Source: Octopus bimaculoides (taxonomy: Eukaryota). Taken from it: a stretch of DNA of 48,227 nt. The notes beneath the pieces are model-generated. The model saw only the letters and a list, made by a program, of their open reading frames with translations. It ran no database searches and was not told the origin of the DNA. The stretch lies in contig NC_068984.1 in assembly GCF_001194135.2 (NCBI RefSeq), forward strand, positions 24,009,193 to 24,057,419, in the 5' to 3' direction. Within the stretch, counting starts at the first letter, position 1. Each line of letters begins with the position of its first letter. A program made the translations under genes and the position numbers. Below are positions 37,921 through 48,227 of the stretch, piece by piece.

Positions 37921-39866
37921 ATATGATCACATATGCACCTAAAAATCATTTTACTTTACACAGAGTTTGAATGCACTGTTTATTCTATCGAGTTGGCTGA
38001 TGTTTTTTGTTCCGATCGCAGTTGATTTGCTTGCACTTTTATTATCCAGTCATCCAGAGTTGACTAAGTACAAGTAATATTACGATACTAAATCTCGATC
38101 AAATATGTTTTTATCTAGCAAATATGCTCCTCCTTCCATGGAAAATCCCAAGTTTTCTCATTCATACCGACTGATGAGAATTAGGGACTCCCACAACGCA
38201 TACCCTAGCAGATATCATTCAGGGGATTATTTTCTTTAGTCCAGTGATAACGTTGTTCATTCCAAGGTTTTGTGATAATATACGACTAGTTTTATGTCGT
38301 TTCATGTTGTATAGCTACTGATGTCTCTTGAATCATCAACAATCTGTGAAAGCTGTGATATAAGGGAGATGGGAGAAGTGAAACCCTTGGGCACTATCAA
38401 GTTTTTGTCCGTATTCAATTTTGAAATCACCGCGTGCGAAATCGCTAAAAACGCTTTAAAAATACAGTTTAAGCCTAAGAGCAATACAGTAAGTTATATT
38501 TATACTAAGCTCTCCTCTATGCAACAACACAATGGATAACTTAATTCATAACTGATAAATCGTGCAACATACATATACTTTGCTCTTAGGTTTAAACTGT
38601 TTTCCATGCGTTTAAATGGATAGGTAAATGGATATGTAAGTGTAAGGAACGACCGTGCGAACTCAAAAAGGAGAAATGGTGACGAATGGAAAAACAGAGG
38701 ACTCCTTTTATTTAAACGTGTCACACGGTCGAACACAAAATATATATATCAGATATGATGATATACATGATATGTTATGCGACGATAACATAGATGACCA
38801 GTAATGAAAGACCACAACCGTATAAGATGAATAACAGAGATATTTATTATGGCGTTAAAGATGTATGTCTGTGTGAGAGTGTGAATGCGACATATAAGAA
38901 CATAATCAAAGACAGGCCGTCATACAAAGAAAAGTATGTATGTGAGTTATTACAGCAAATAGAAAGAGTCAATAACACGTGAGCAATTATACCAGTTCTT
39001 TAGTACACTATAGGAAAAGTTCTGTATGTGAAGTTGGGGAGNNNNNNNNNNNNNNNNNNNNNNNNNNNNNNNNNNNNNNNNNNNNNNNNNNNNNNNNNNN
39101 NNNNNNNNNNNNNNNNNNNNNNNNNNNNNNNNNNNNNNNNNNNNNNNNNNNNNNNNNNNNNNNNNNNNNNNNNNNNNNNNNNNNNNNNNNNNNNNNNNNN
39201 NNNNNNNNNNNNNNNNNNNNNNNNNNNNNNNNNNNNNNNNNNNNNNNNNNNNNNNNNNNNNNNNNNNNNNNNNNNNNNNNNNNNNNNNNNNNNNNNNNNN
39301 NNNNNNNNNNNNNNNNNNNNNNNNNNNNNNNNNNNNNNNNNNNNNGATGCTGGATAGTAGTCGTAGACTCTTGTTGCTGATGTGGCGACGGCGGTGGTCA
39401 TCGTTGGCTGGACGAAGCTGTTGAAGTGGTCGCTGGCTAATTGTTGCTGCTGCTGTCGTGTGGTACACGGAACAGATCTCAAAGAGAAACTGGACCGAGA
39501 CAAATTTGTTGGGTATGAGTTAAAGCTATTTATAACAAACTATCGGCTCACCGGATATCAGAAATATACTCTATCGCGTGACCTTATTAAGGGCTGTGAT
39601 TGGTCAGTTTGCGTTCTGGCGGGAACGGTTCGAAGAAGTTGCCGATTCGAATAATGATCAGTCACGTAATGAGAAGGTTAATGTTTTCCGCTACGTTCGC
39701 GTTTGTTTATATTTAAATGAGAAGAATGGCGATAGCAGTTTTGTATCTAATGGCGATAGGTAGTTTTGTATGTAATGCCGATCGAGGTGTTAGTTTCACT
39801 ACATAAGTAAACAGATAGATAAAGAGATATAGATGGGTACATAGGCAATACGGAGTGACACGCACG

Positions 39867-39918
<52 letters not shown>

Positions 39919-40103
39919 NNNNNNNNNNCACAAACACAAACACACACACACACATACACACATACACAAATAAAGACTGAAACACTCGACCATATACACA
40001 CTCACATAAGGACACAAGGAGACACACATCCATACATAACAGATGCACATACGTAGTCGCACAAACCCATACAAAGACACACTCAAACATGCATATACAA
40101 GAG

Positions 40104-40147
<44 letters not shown>

Positions 40148-40189
40148 AGCATTGCTGTGACACATTTAAATCAAGGCAACATCTATCTG

Positions 40190-40725
40190 AAGACAGTTCT
40201 GGTCGGTTAGCCTGAATTTCCCAATCAGTTTGTTCATTGAAATTAAAGGCATTCGGCAATTCGGCACAACTTGCAGTGGTTTATATTCCTAGATATTCTC
40301 TTTGAGACCAGTATATGTATAGAGTTGCTCGGTCATGTTGTTGCAAGTACTCTGTTGACGTCAATCAACAGCATCCAGATATTACGAGGTCGATTGCATC
40401 TGGACGTCTGCATACGTGACATGATGGGCTGCTTTCATGTTTCGGACCACACAATGTTGTTATTCAGGACATCATGACAAAAAATTTCTAGTTATTGGTG
40501 AAATTTTGAATGTTTCCAGGCATTCCTCTATCCAGCTGTGAAGAAAACTGTCAAAGGTTTCTTTGTAGTCTATCCAGGCCATTGCGAGATTTATGCGCCT
40601 GTTATGACAATCATCAAGAATCATTTTCCTAATTAACAGTTGATCTTTGCCGTCATATGACCCATTTCGCACCGTTTTTCTTCATCGGAGAAAATGCTGT
40701 TAATGAGGAAAGCATAAGTGGTGAT
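40190..40725 (-). mobile_element. Internally deleted R4/Dong-type LINE
   Basis: GKDQLLIRKMIL..AWIDYKETFDS..HSWI (RT) joined almost directly to CHVC..DLVISGC..EY..HD and WEIQANRP-like motifs. Confidence 0.8.
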
Positions 40726-40747
40726 GGGTTGTTGTTGTTGTTGCTGT

Positions 40748-40778
<31 letters not shown>

Positions 40779-41328
40779 AAGGCTGGCGAATCTAGTTAAA
40801 CTGATTCACAAAATCTGCATTTTTTAAATAGAAGAAAACTATCTGAAAATCGGTTATATTAATGTAGTTTTCCACTCTTATAGCTATGAAGGCATGATGT
40901 TGTGGAGAAAAATTGGAGGAAAAAGTTATAGAGGTTTAAAAATCGAAAAAAACCGTATTTTTAGCCAATAGCGAGACAGACTTTCTGCGTTTAGCGGTTT
41001 CAACTTTAAAGTTGTACCCTGTGAAATTTATAGTTTAGCGTCTGTGAAATTACGTGTTCACTGTAGGTTTCTAAATAAACAGAAATACCGAATAAAATCA
41101 ACATGTATCATTTTATTGTTTCTTTTGTCTCTTCGTTGATTTCTATAGTGTTTTGTATGTTTTTATTATTTTTTAAATTTGTTATATTAATATATTTTTC
41201 TGCTTGTGTTTAATTTATGCGTATTTCTGTATTATGCATACCTGTCGTGTATTTGTGTATGTCATTAATATATAAGTGCATGTGGATGCATGTATTCATA
41301 TATAAGTTTATATGTACATTTATGCATT

Positions 41329-41371
<43 letters not shown>

Positions 41372-41730
41372 CTGTGTGTCTGTGTGCCTATATGTCTGTG
41401 TGTGTGTGAAACGGGGGCGTCTATCTTCAAAACTCCAAACGTTTTCATGCTTGGATTTGTAAACTACGATAAGAATAACATTGGTCAACAAAGAATTTGC
41501 CCCAAGGAAAAGAATGCCTGTATCTTATATGTTTTTGCATGCAGAATTCAAAAACAATGTCAGATTATCTGTATCACCCATAGTTTCTCTGTTCCACAAT
41601 ATCCCTCTCAGTTCCTGTTATGTGGGCTAAATTTCAGTTAAGCTGTTGAAATGTGAAGCTAACGGTTTAAGAAATTCTCCTAATTTAAATGTTTATGAAT
41701 TGAATTAACCTAGTGAAATCATAAATCCAG

Positions 41731-41815
41731 CTGAGTCAATGAGTCCCTGAAGCTTGGCAATACTGAGTCAATGAGTCCCTGAAGCTTGGCAATACTGAGT
41801 CGATGAGTCACCGAT
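41731..41815 (+). repeat. 32-bp tandem repeat (2 perfect units plus 1 degenerate) rich in TGAGTC(A)
   Basis: CTGAGTCAATGAGTCCCTGAAGCTTGGCAATA at 41731-62 and 41763-94. Confidence 0.9.
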
Positions 41816-42321
41816 GCTTTGTCAGTTACTGTGCTTGAAGTGTAGATGCGCGGTTGTGTACTAAGTTCACGTATTCCATTCACCTACATAATGCCAAGAA
41901 ACTATATGAACATCGCAAACAACTTTTGCTATATATGAAAAATATGTAAAATATTAAGACAACTGACGAAACATATCTATAATAAAATTCTAATTGATGA
42001 ATATAAATTTTTATTAAAATAAAACACGCGGGTGAAGTAAATCTTGTGGTGAGAAGAATCAACACGACGTGCGAGTGAAGTGAAACACAACACAACGTGG
42101 GGTTGTCACGGTAACTACCTGTTAATGCCTCGCTGTCTTTTGATTGGCTAAAATTATCCAAATTTCCCACTTTCATTCCAAATGACATCAGATTCTTTAA
42201 TTTACAAGATAAAGTAATTGGTTGATCGTAATCAAAATTCAGAGTTGCATCGATAGATAAAAATTGAAAGCAATCTGAGCAAAATTAAAGGGGCTGATTT
42301 TGTGAATCAGTTTGTCTAGAT

Positions 42322-42528
42322 CCAGGCGGGTAGCATCGTTAGTCCACCTAGCAAAAGGTTTATTGGCACTTCGTCCATCTTCATGTTCTGAGTTCAAATT
42401 CCACCGAGGTTGACTTTGCCTTTCATCGTTTCCAGATCGAGGAAATGAATTCCATTGAACACTAGGGGCGATATAATCAACTTACCCCTCCCCTAAGACT
42501 GCTAACCTTGTGCCAAAATTTGAAACCA
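42322..42528 (+). mobile_element. Diverged family A SINE
   Basis: GAGTTCAAATTCCACCGAGGTTGACTTTGCCTTTCATC. Confidence 0.8.
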
Positions 42529-42575
42529 TTATTATTATAGAATGAGAGAACAGTGCATGCCAAATTATTATTATT

Positions 42576-43266
42576 CCTTCGTAACACAGTGTAGGCAAAA
42601 ATGCACCGGAGTCTTTAGTCATCTGTCAAGTCACAACAAGGACCTCAGACTGATAATACTTTCCTTAAGATGTGCGCTGTGCCCAATAAAGCTGCTTTTT
42701 GCAAGACATCAATCTTGCATGGGATTTCCAGTGGGCCTTAAGAAGTCTTGAAGCTTCAATGAGACTGAGACCAACGCTCCGATCACCACTGGTATCACTT
42801 TTACATTACCCTCTCGTATTACATACTGTCTTGTCATTTCTACTTTCAATTCAGAGTATTTGGTGATTTTTTTCAACCTTTTTACTCACAGCATTCATGT
42901 CATTTAGTATGGCTACATCAATGATCTGACAGTATTTGTCTCTCTTATTCAATTTGACAATATCTGGCCAATGGTGTTCGATTACACGATCCATCTGAAA
43001 ATCATAGTCCCAGAGTATCGTTACTTTTCCATCCTCCTGCTTAACTTTACTTGGTACATGCTCATACCAGTTCTCTGTTACTTCATATTGGTATTTACAA
43101 CATAAGAGCCAATGAAGATACGTACACATTTTATCGTGGAGGCGTTTGTATTCTTTTTGTGCAAGGCTCCCACATCCACTTACCAAGTAGACCACATTTT
43201 CCACACTCTTTCCACAGAGTCTGCATTTCTTGGTGTCAGAAGTTTTATAGATGTTATACTTCACTG
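42576..43266 (-). mobile_element. R4/Dong-type LINE 3' part (CCHC plus restriction-like endonuclease)
   Basis: KCRLCGKSVENVVYLVSGC..LAQKEYKRLHD, ILWDYDFQMDRVIEHHWPDIV, IIDVA; (AAT)4 at the 3' end. Confidence 0.92.
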
Positions 43267-43267
43267 A

Positions 43268-43299
<32 letters not shown>

Positions 43300-43669
43300 C
43301 ATCATCATAATCATTATCATCCTCGTTATTATTNNNNNNNNNNNNNNNNNNNNNNNNNNNNNNNNNNNNNNNNNNNNNNNNNNNNNNNNNNNNNNNNNNN
43401 NNNNNNNNNNNNNNNNNNNNNNNNNNNNNNNNNNNNNNNNNNNNNNNNNNNNNNNNNNNNNNNNNNNNNNNNNNNNNNNNNNNNNNNNNNNNNNNNNNNN
43501 NNNNNNNNNNNNNNNNNNNNNNNNNNNNNNNNNNNNNNNNNNNNNNNNNNNNNNNNNNNNNNNNNNNNNNNNNNNNNNNNNNNNNNNNNNNNNNNNNNNN
43601 NNNNNNNNNNNNNNNNNNNNNNNNNNNNNNNNNNNNNNNNNNNNNNNNNNNNNNNNNNNNNNNNNNNNC

Positions 43670-44682
43670 TGTAACATGTGGGATGGATCTATCGGCCGAG
43701 TTCATAGTGATGATTTCCCCTCCGCCATCCTTTAATCGGGCAGGTGAGGCAGTTTTCCTTTGCCTTGTGGCTGTGGTGAAGGAGGTTATCTGGTGGACGA
43801 GGTTGAAAAGCATGAGAACAGATACACTTGCTAATCAGTCAGGTATTTTAATAGGATCTCCCATGATTTAATTGAACAGCCGAACTAATTTTTCGTGTGT
43901 GCACGGGAGAGAAGAGAGCCTGAAATCTGGCACCCTGTCTTTACTAAATGATTTCCACTTACGAGCCTTTGTGATGATCTTCCTTAGGCCTGCTATTGTG
44001 ATGTCTTGCCATGGTTGTTCTTGTAAATGTTGATAGGAGCCTTTTGTGCGTCTAACCCAATCTGCATTTTCATTGTATGTCTTATCAGTCCAAATGTTTT
44101 CCAAAAGTTTTCAGTTTCTTCCATTGGAGGGAGATCTTTAATGGTTATTTTTTTCTCCTTTCCTATTTCCCTGCAAAATGTTTTTACATTGGATGTCAAC
44201 AGCTTATTTTGCTGGTAAAAATTATTTCGTTTCTCAAATCTTTGTATTTTTTTAGCTTTTACTTGGACTTTTCGTTTCAATGTTTCTTTTGTTGATATAA
44301 GTTCTTCTCCTGATGAAAATCCATATTTTATCTTCCTCTTTCTTCCTTTTCTGAACCTTACATCATTTCCCAGATTGGTTCATCTAATATTGATATTCCC
44401 CCTCTCATTAAGTGAATCTCTTTTTCAATTTTACTTGTTTGAATTTCATCCAAGGTTTGGTTTTCTTCGTTTTTCGCTGGTATACAACTTGTTTCAATTG
44501 CCTTAGCAGATGCATAAATAATTCTATTTAACTCAGTAAGATCAGGTCTTAATTCTTGTATAATTTCTTTTGTTACATAACTGCCAATTTTTATATTTTT
44601 TTTAATTATTTTAGTTTGTATTTGAGAGTTTGTGAAGTGGTTCTCCATCATTCATACTTGTATGTCTTACAGCTGCAAACTC

Positions 44683-44685
<3 letters not shown>
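43670..44685 (-). mobile_element. R4/Dong-type LINE 5' ORF part through early RT
   Basis: ELNRIIYASAKAI, ENIW...YNENADWV, DITIAGLRKIITKARKWKS...HEKLVRLFN; frameshifted. Confidence 0.8.
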
Positions 44686-44718
<33 letters not shown>

Positions 44719-45012
44719 CATTATTATTATTACTATTATTACTATTATTATTATTGAACAAACGTCCATATCAGAGATCACATGAAAAAATAATTAACCG
44801 GATTACATAATGTTAAACAGGTTTTGATGCAAAAAGGAGTCATTCACCAATAAAAGGCTTCAGAATATTTGAACATCTTCCTCATTACACTGCCTGGAGT
44901 AGAAAAACAGATTCTTCGAAACAACATCTTTTTAACCGTATATATATATATATATANNNNNNNNNNNNNNNNNNNNNNNNNNNNNNNNNNNNNNNNNNNN
45001 NNNNNNNNNNNN

Positions 45013-45051
<39 letters not shown>

Positions 45052-45825
45052 CATATATATGTATATATATGTGTGTGTATGTATGTATGTATGTACATAT
45101 ATTGTACAGCTGCTATTTGTATTGCTATTGGTGGCTCAAATGGCCTCAAGGTGAGAGGAAGATGTTTATTTTAAAGTGATAGTGGCTGTAACCACAATAT
45201 TGTAAATAATCACGTACCCTAAGTATTTTTACATACGAAAAGGGATTAACAAAAATAGACAATATAAAAATTAAACAGACTAAGTTTGATGTTACACAGT
45301 AGAAAACAGAAAAAAAAATAGAGTGTATTGAGAACAGTAATTTAAATGAGAAAATGTATAAACAGCATGAAAAACAACGACATCACCTCCAAAAGCAACA
45401 GCACTTCATCCTTTCCAAACCTTATGAGTCATAAAGAGCTTTTCAATATGAACCAGCAATATTTACCCTGGGTAAATTACTGGAGTAAGGAATCAAGTCA
45501 CTTATGTCTTTTACTCTTGACTTAATTTCCAGTGAATGAAATATCTAATAGAAACACTGGAAGCTGAAACAATGACGTTAATTATTTCTTCCCAAAATTG
45601 ACATATTCAACACTTAATGAGTTCTGTTCCATTGCATGATTTTGGTTGTATCTGGTGGGAAGTCTTTGATCCTGTGCCGCAACAAAAATCTTTAACTTTC
45701 AACTTTGTGTTCTTCGCCACTTAGCCAATGCTGTGATTTTTTGTCACCCATCTCCACCATGTGCGCCTATATAAAAAGCTACGCAACAGTATGCAAAATT
45801 CAATTGCTCAAACTGTGCCGTAAAT

Positions 45826-45944
45826 ATAAAGTTTAGTCATCATTTTCTCGTACAAAATCATAATTTCTTCTACAGTTTTAAGAATGTTATGTAAATAGAC
45901 TTGTTTTTACAAAACGAAAGCTCGGTGTACACAAGGAAGTCATA

Positions 45945-45987
<43 letters not shown>

Positions 45988-46495
45988 GCACATGCAAGAT
46001 ACAAATAAATATATGCGCTCACAAGCAAGACACACACATACACACAATATTTTGTTTTCTATCAAAATAAGGCATTTATACTCTTTCTCTATTTTTCTTT
46101 CTCTCTTCTCGTTATAAGTACTGCTCCTGTCTCTCCTTTCTTCATCTCTTTTCACCATAATAACTCTTACTCAGATTAAATATAATTCATTTAACCATTA
46201 TTTAATCATTCCAAATCATGATTGATATTGATCAGGTTTACTTTAAAACGAATAAATTTCTTTAAAACAAATGTAGTTATCTCCATACTTGTTTATGTAT
46301 AATTATTACGTTATAGTCACATTGTTAACACCGCTTCAATACATTTACAACTGATGTGTGTTAACATTAGCACATTTACTACTAACAGTTTCAACTTTAA
46401 TACTTTTGCAGACGACAGGTTATAATTATAAGAAACCTAGCCAATCAGTGAGACTCAAGTAACAGACTAGCGTATCACAACCTATATAAATGTAT
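45826..46495 (+). promoter_or_regulatory. Diverged paralogue of the peptide-gene upstream region and promoter
   Basis: Shared AAAGTTTAGTCATCATTTT, AATGTTATGTAAA..TTGTTTTTACAAA, TTTCTTTAAAACAAAT.TAGTTAT, CCAATCA (46441) and GCGTAT.ACAACC..TATAAA (to 46490) with 27025-27975. Confidence 0.8.
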
Positions 46496-46728
46496 TCTTT
46501 TACTTGTTTCAGTCATTTGACCGTGGCCATGCTGGAGCACCGTCTTTAGTCGAATCAAATCGACCCCAGGACTTATTCTTTGTAAGCCTAGTACTTATTC
46601 CATCGGTCTCTTTTTGCAGAACCGCTAGGTTACGGGGACCTAAACACACCAGCATCGGTTGTCAAGTGATGTTGGGGGGGACAAACACAGATACACAACA
46701 TATATACACATACATATATATATATATA
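46495..46728 (-). mobile_element. Family D SINE, truncated by a gap
   Basis: TTCTTTTACTTGTTTCAGTCATTTGAC.. matches 9893 onward. Confidence 0.9.
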
Positions 46729-47589
46729 NNNNNNNNNNNNNNNNNNNNNNNNNNNNNNNNNNNNNNNNNNNNNNNNNNNNNNNNNNNNNNNNNNNNNNNN
46801 NNNNNNNNNNNNNNNNNNNNNNNNNNNNNNNNNNNNNNNNNNNNNNNNNNNNNNNNNNNNNNNNNNNNNNNNNNNNNNNNNNNNNNNNNNNNNNNNNNNN
46901 NNNNNNNNNNNNNNNNNNNNNNNNNNNNNNNNNNNNNNNNNNNNNNNNNNNNNNNNNNNNNNNNNNNNNNNNNNNNNNNNNNNNNNNNNNNNNNNNNNNN
47001 NNNNNNNNNNNNNNNNNNNNNNNNNNNNNNNNNNNNNNNNNNNNNNNNNNNNNNNNNNNNNNNNNNNNNNNNNNNNNNNNNNNNNNNNNNNNNNNNNNNN
47101 NNNNNNNNNNNNNNNNNNNNNNNNNNNNNNNNNNNNNNNNNNNNNNNNNNNNNNNNNNNNNNNNNNNNNNNNNNNNNNNNNNNNNNNNNNNNNNNNNNNN
47201 NNNNNNNNNNNNNNNNNNNNNNNNNNNNNNNNNNNNNNNNNNNNNNNNNNNNNNNNNNNNNNNNNNNNNNNNNNNNNNNNNNNNNNNNNNNNNNNNNNNN
47301 NNNNNNNNNNNNNNNNNNNNNNNNNNNNNNNNNNNNNNNNNNNNNNNNNNNNNNNNNNNNNNNNNNNNNNNNNNNNNNNNNNNNNNNNNNNNNNNNNNNN
47401 NNNNNNNNNNNNNNNNNNNNNNNNNNNNNNNNNNNNNNNNNNNNNNNNNNNNNNNNNNNNNNNNNNNNNNNNNNNNNNNNNNNNNNNNNNNNNNNNNNNN
47501 NNNNNNNNNNNNNNNNNNNNNNNNNNNNNNNNNNNNNNNNNNNNNNNNNNNNNNNNNNNNNNNNNNNNNNNNNNNNNNNNNNNNNNNNN

Positions 47590-48227
47590 CAGACACCTGC
47601 AGAGGCCAGTCCGGATCCTTAATACAGGTGAGGACTCCCTCTCTCTGACGCTTCCTTTTATTCACAAATTTCTGCAGGGCCCCTCCCTTTCGGAATAGGA
47701 TTAGCCGATCCTTTTCCTCACCGGGTGAGCCCACAGCTTCTACTGTCGGCAGTACAATTCCCGCCGACCTGCTTTCCTCCGTTGGTGGCACAATTCCCAC
47801 CAACGGAGTGTCGGGACACGCCGGCGATGCACTATCGAGCACCGGCCGTGCCTCGTTCTTTTTTTTCTTTTTCTTTGAGGCCACTGGAGTAGGGCGTACT
47901 TCCGCCTTAGCCAAAAGGTCCTCCTCCTCGCCCACAACTTTCGGTGAGCAACCATTGTTGCCCANNNNNNNNNNGTATGTGGGAAGAAACAGAATTTTTT
48001 GCCCTTCTAAGGGCTGGCTCGCAAGCTTGCGAGCCACCTCAGTGGTGTCAAATAGCAACCAAACCGTTGCGTACTTTACACCCCTTGCCATAAACTTAAT
48101 AGTTGGCAGATATTCTGCTAACTCTTTTTCAATTTCAATTTTGGGAAAGACCGTAATGGTATCGAGTAACCTAGAGTAGGTCCGCAACACCACCGTTCTT
48201 TCCCTGAAATCATTTAATCACTTCTTG
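47590..48227 (-). mobile_element. Probable non-LTR retrotransposon ORF1 fragment (RRM-like region then K/P-rich low complexity)
   Basis: Open frame RERTVVLRTYSR..FPKIEIEKELAEYL..GVKYATVWLLFDTTEVARKL, GC-rich. Family not determinable by eye. Confidence 0.5.

Noticed and set aside
38780-39800. Repeat-like segments either side of gap 39042-39345
   Set aside because: No diagnostic motif recognised.
45720-45790. Extra CCAAT plus TATATAAAAA upstream of the duplicated block
   Set aside because: No counterpart in the first copy, and no Inr or donor identified.

Overview
AT-rich, microsatellite-dense eukaryotic DNA with 16 N-gaps. The SINE families look like those of Octopus; this is recognition of repeat sequence, not a database result. 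Most of the window is decayed mobile DNA: tRNA-derived SINEs (four families, labelled A-D here), Tc1/mariner, hAT/Buster, pogo-like and hAT MITEs, a Ty3/Gypsy RT fragment, several R4/Dong-type RLE LINE fragments and a probable LINE ORF1. Two things stand out. (1) A complete three-exon gene missed by the ORF track (CCAAT/TATA/Inr promoter ~27.9 kb, exons 27982-28017, 32350-32467, 36041-~36420). It encodes a 70-aa secreted precursor, MKGHCIIVFVVLIAIFAGMATVSA|RPSIILPPECGNACLAHYESNPNESRSVSKYIGCIRKCWEKARFNN, with a CX3C-X19-CX3C helical-hairpin cysteine pattern. A diverged paralogous copy of its promoter at 45.8-46.5 kb suggests a tandem peptide family. (2) Several minimal type I hammerhead ribozyme motifs (3376-3449 +, 13523-13585 -, 33569-33616 -, plus degenerate or deleted copies). 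The two minus-strand motifs lie in inverted-repeat elements. One of these elements is in intron 2 of the peptide gene, where only the antisense copy keeps its catalytic core. All calls were made by eye; expression, cleavage and function are untested.
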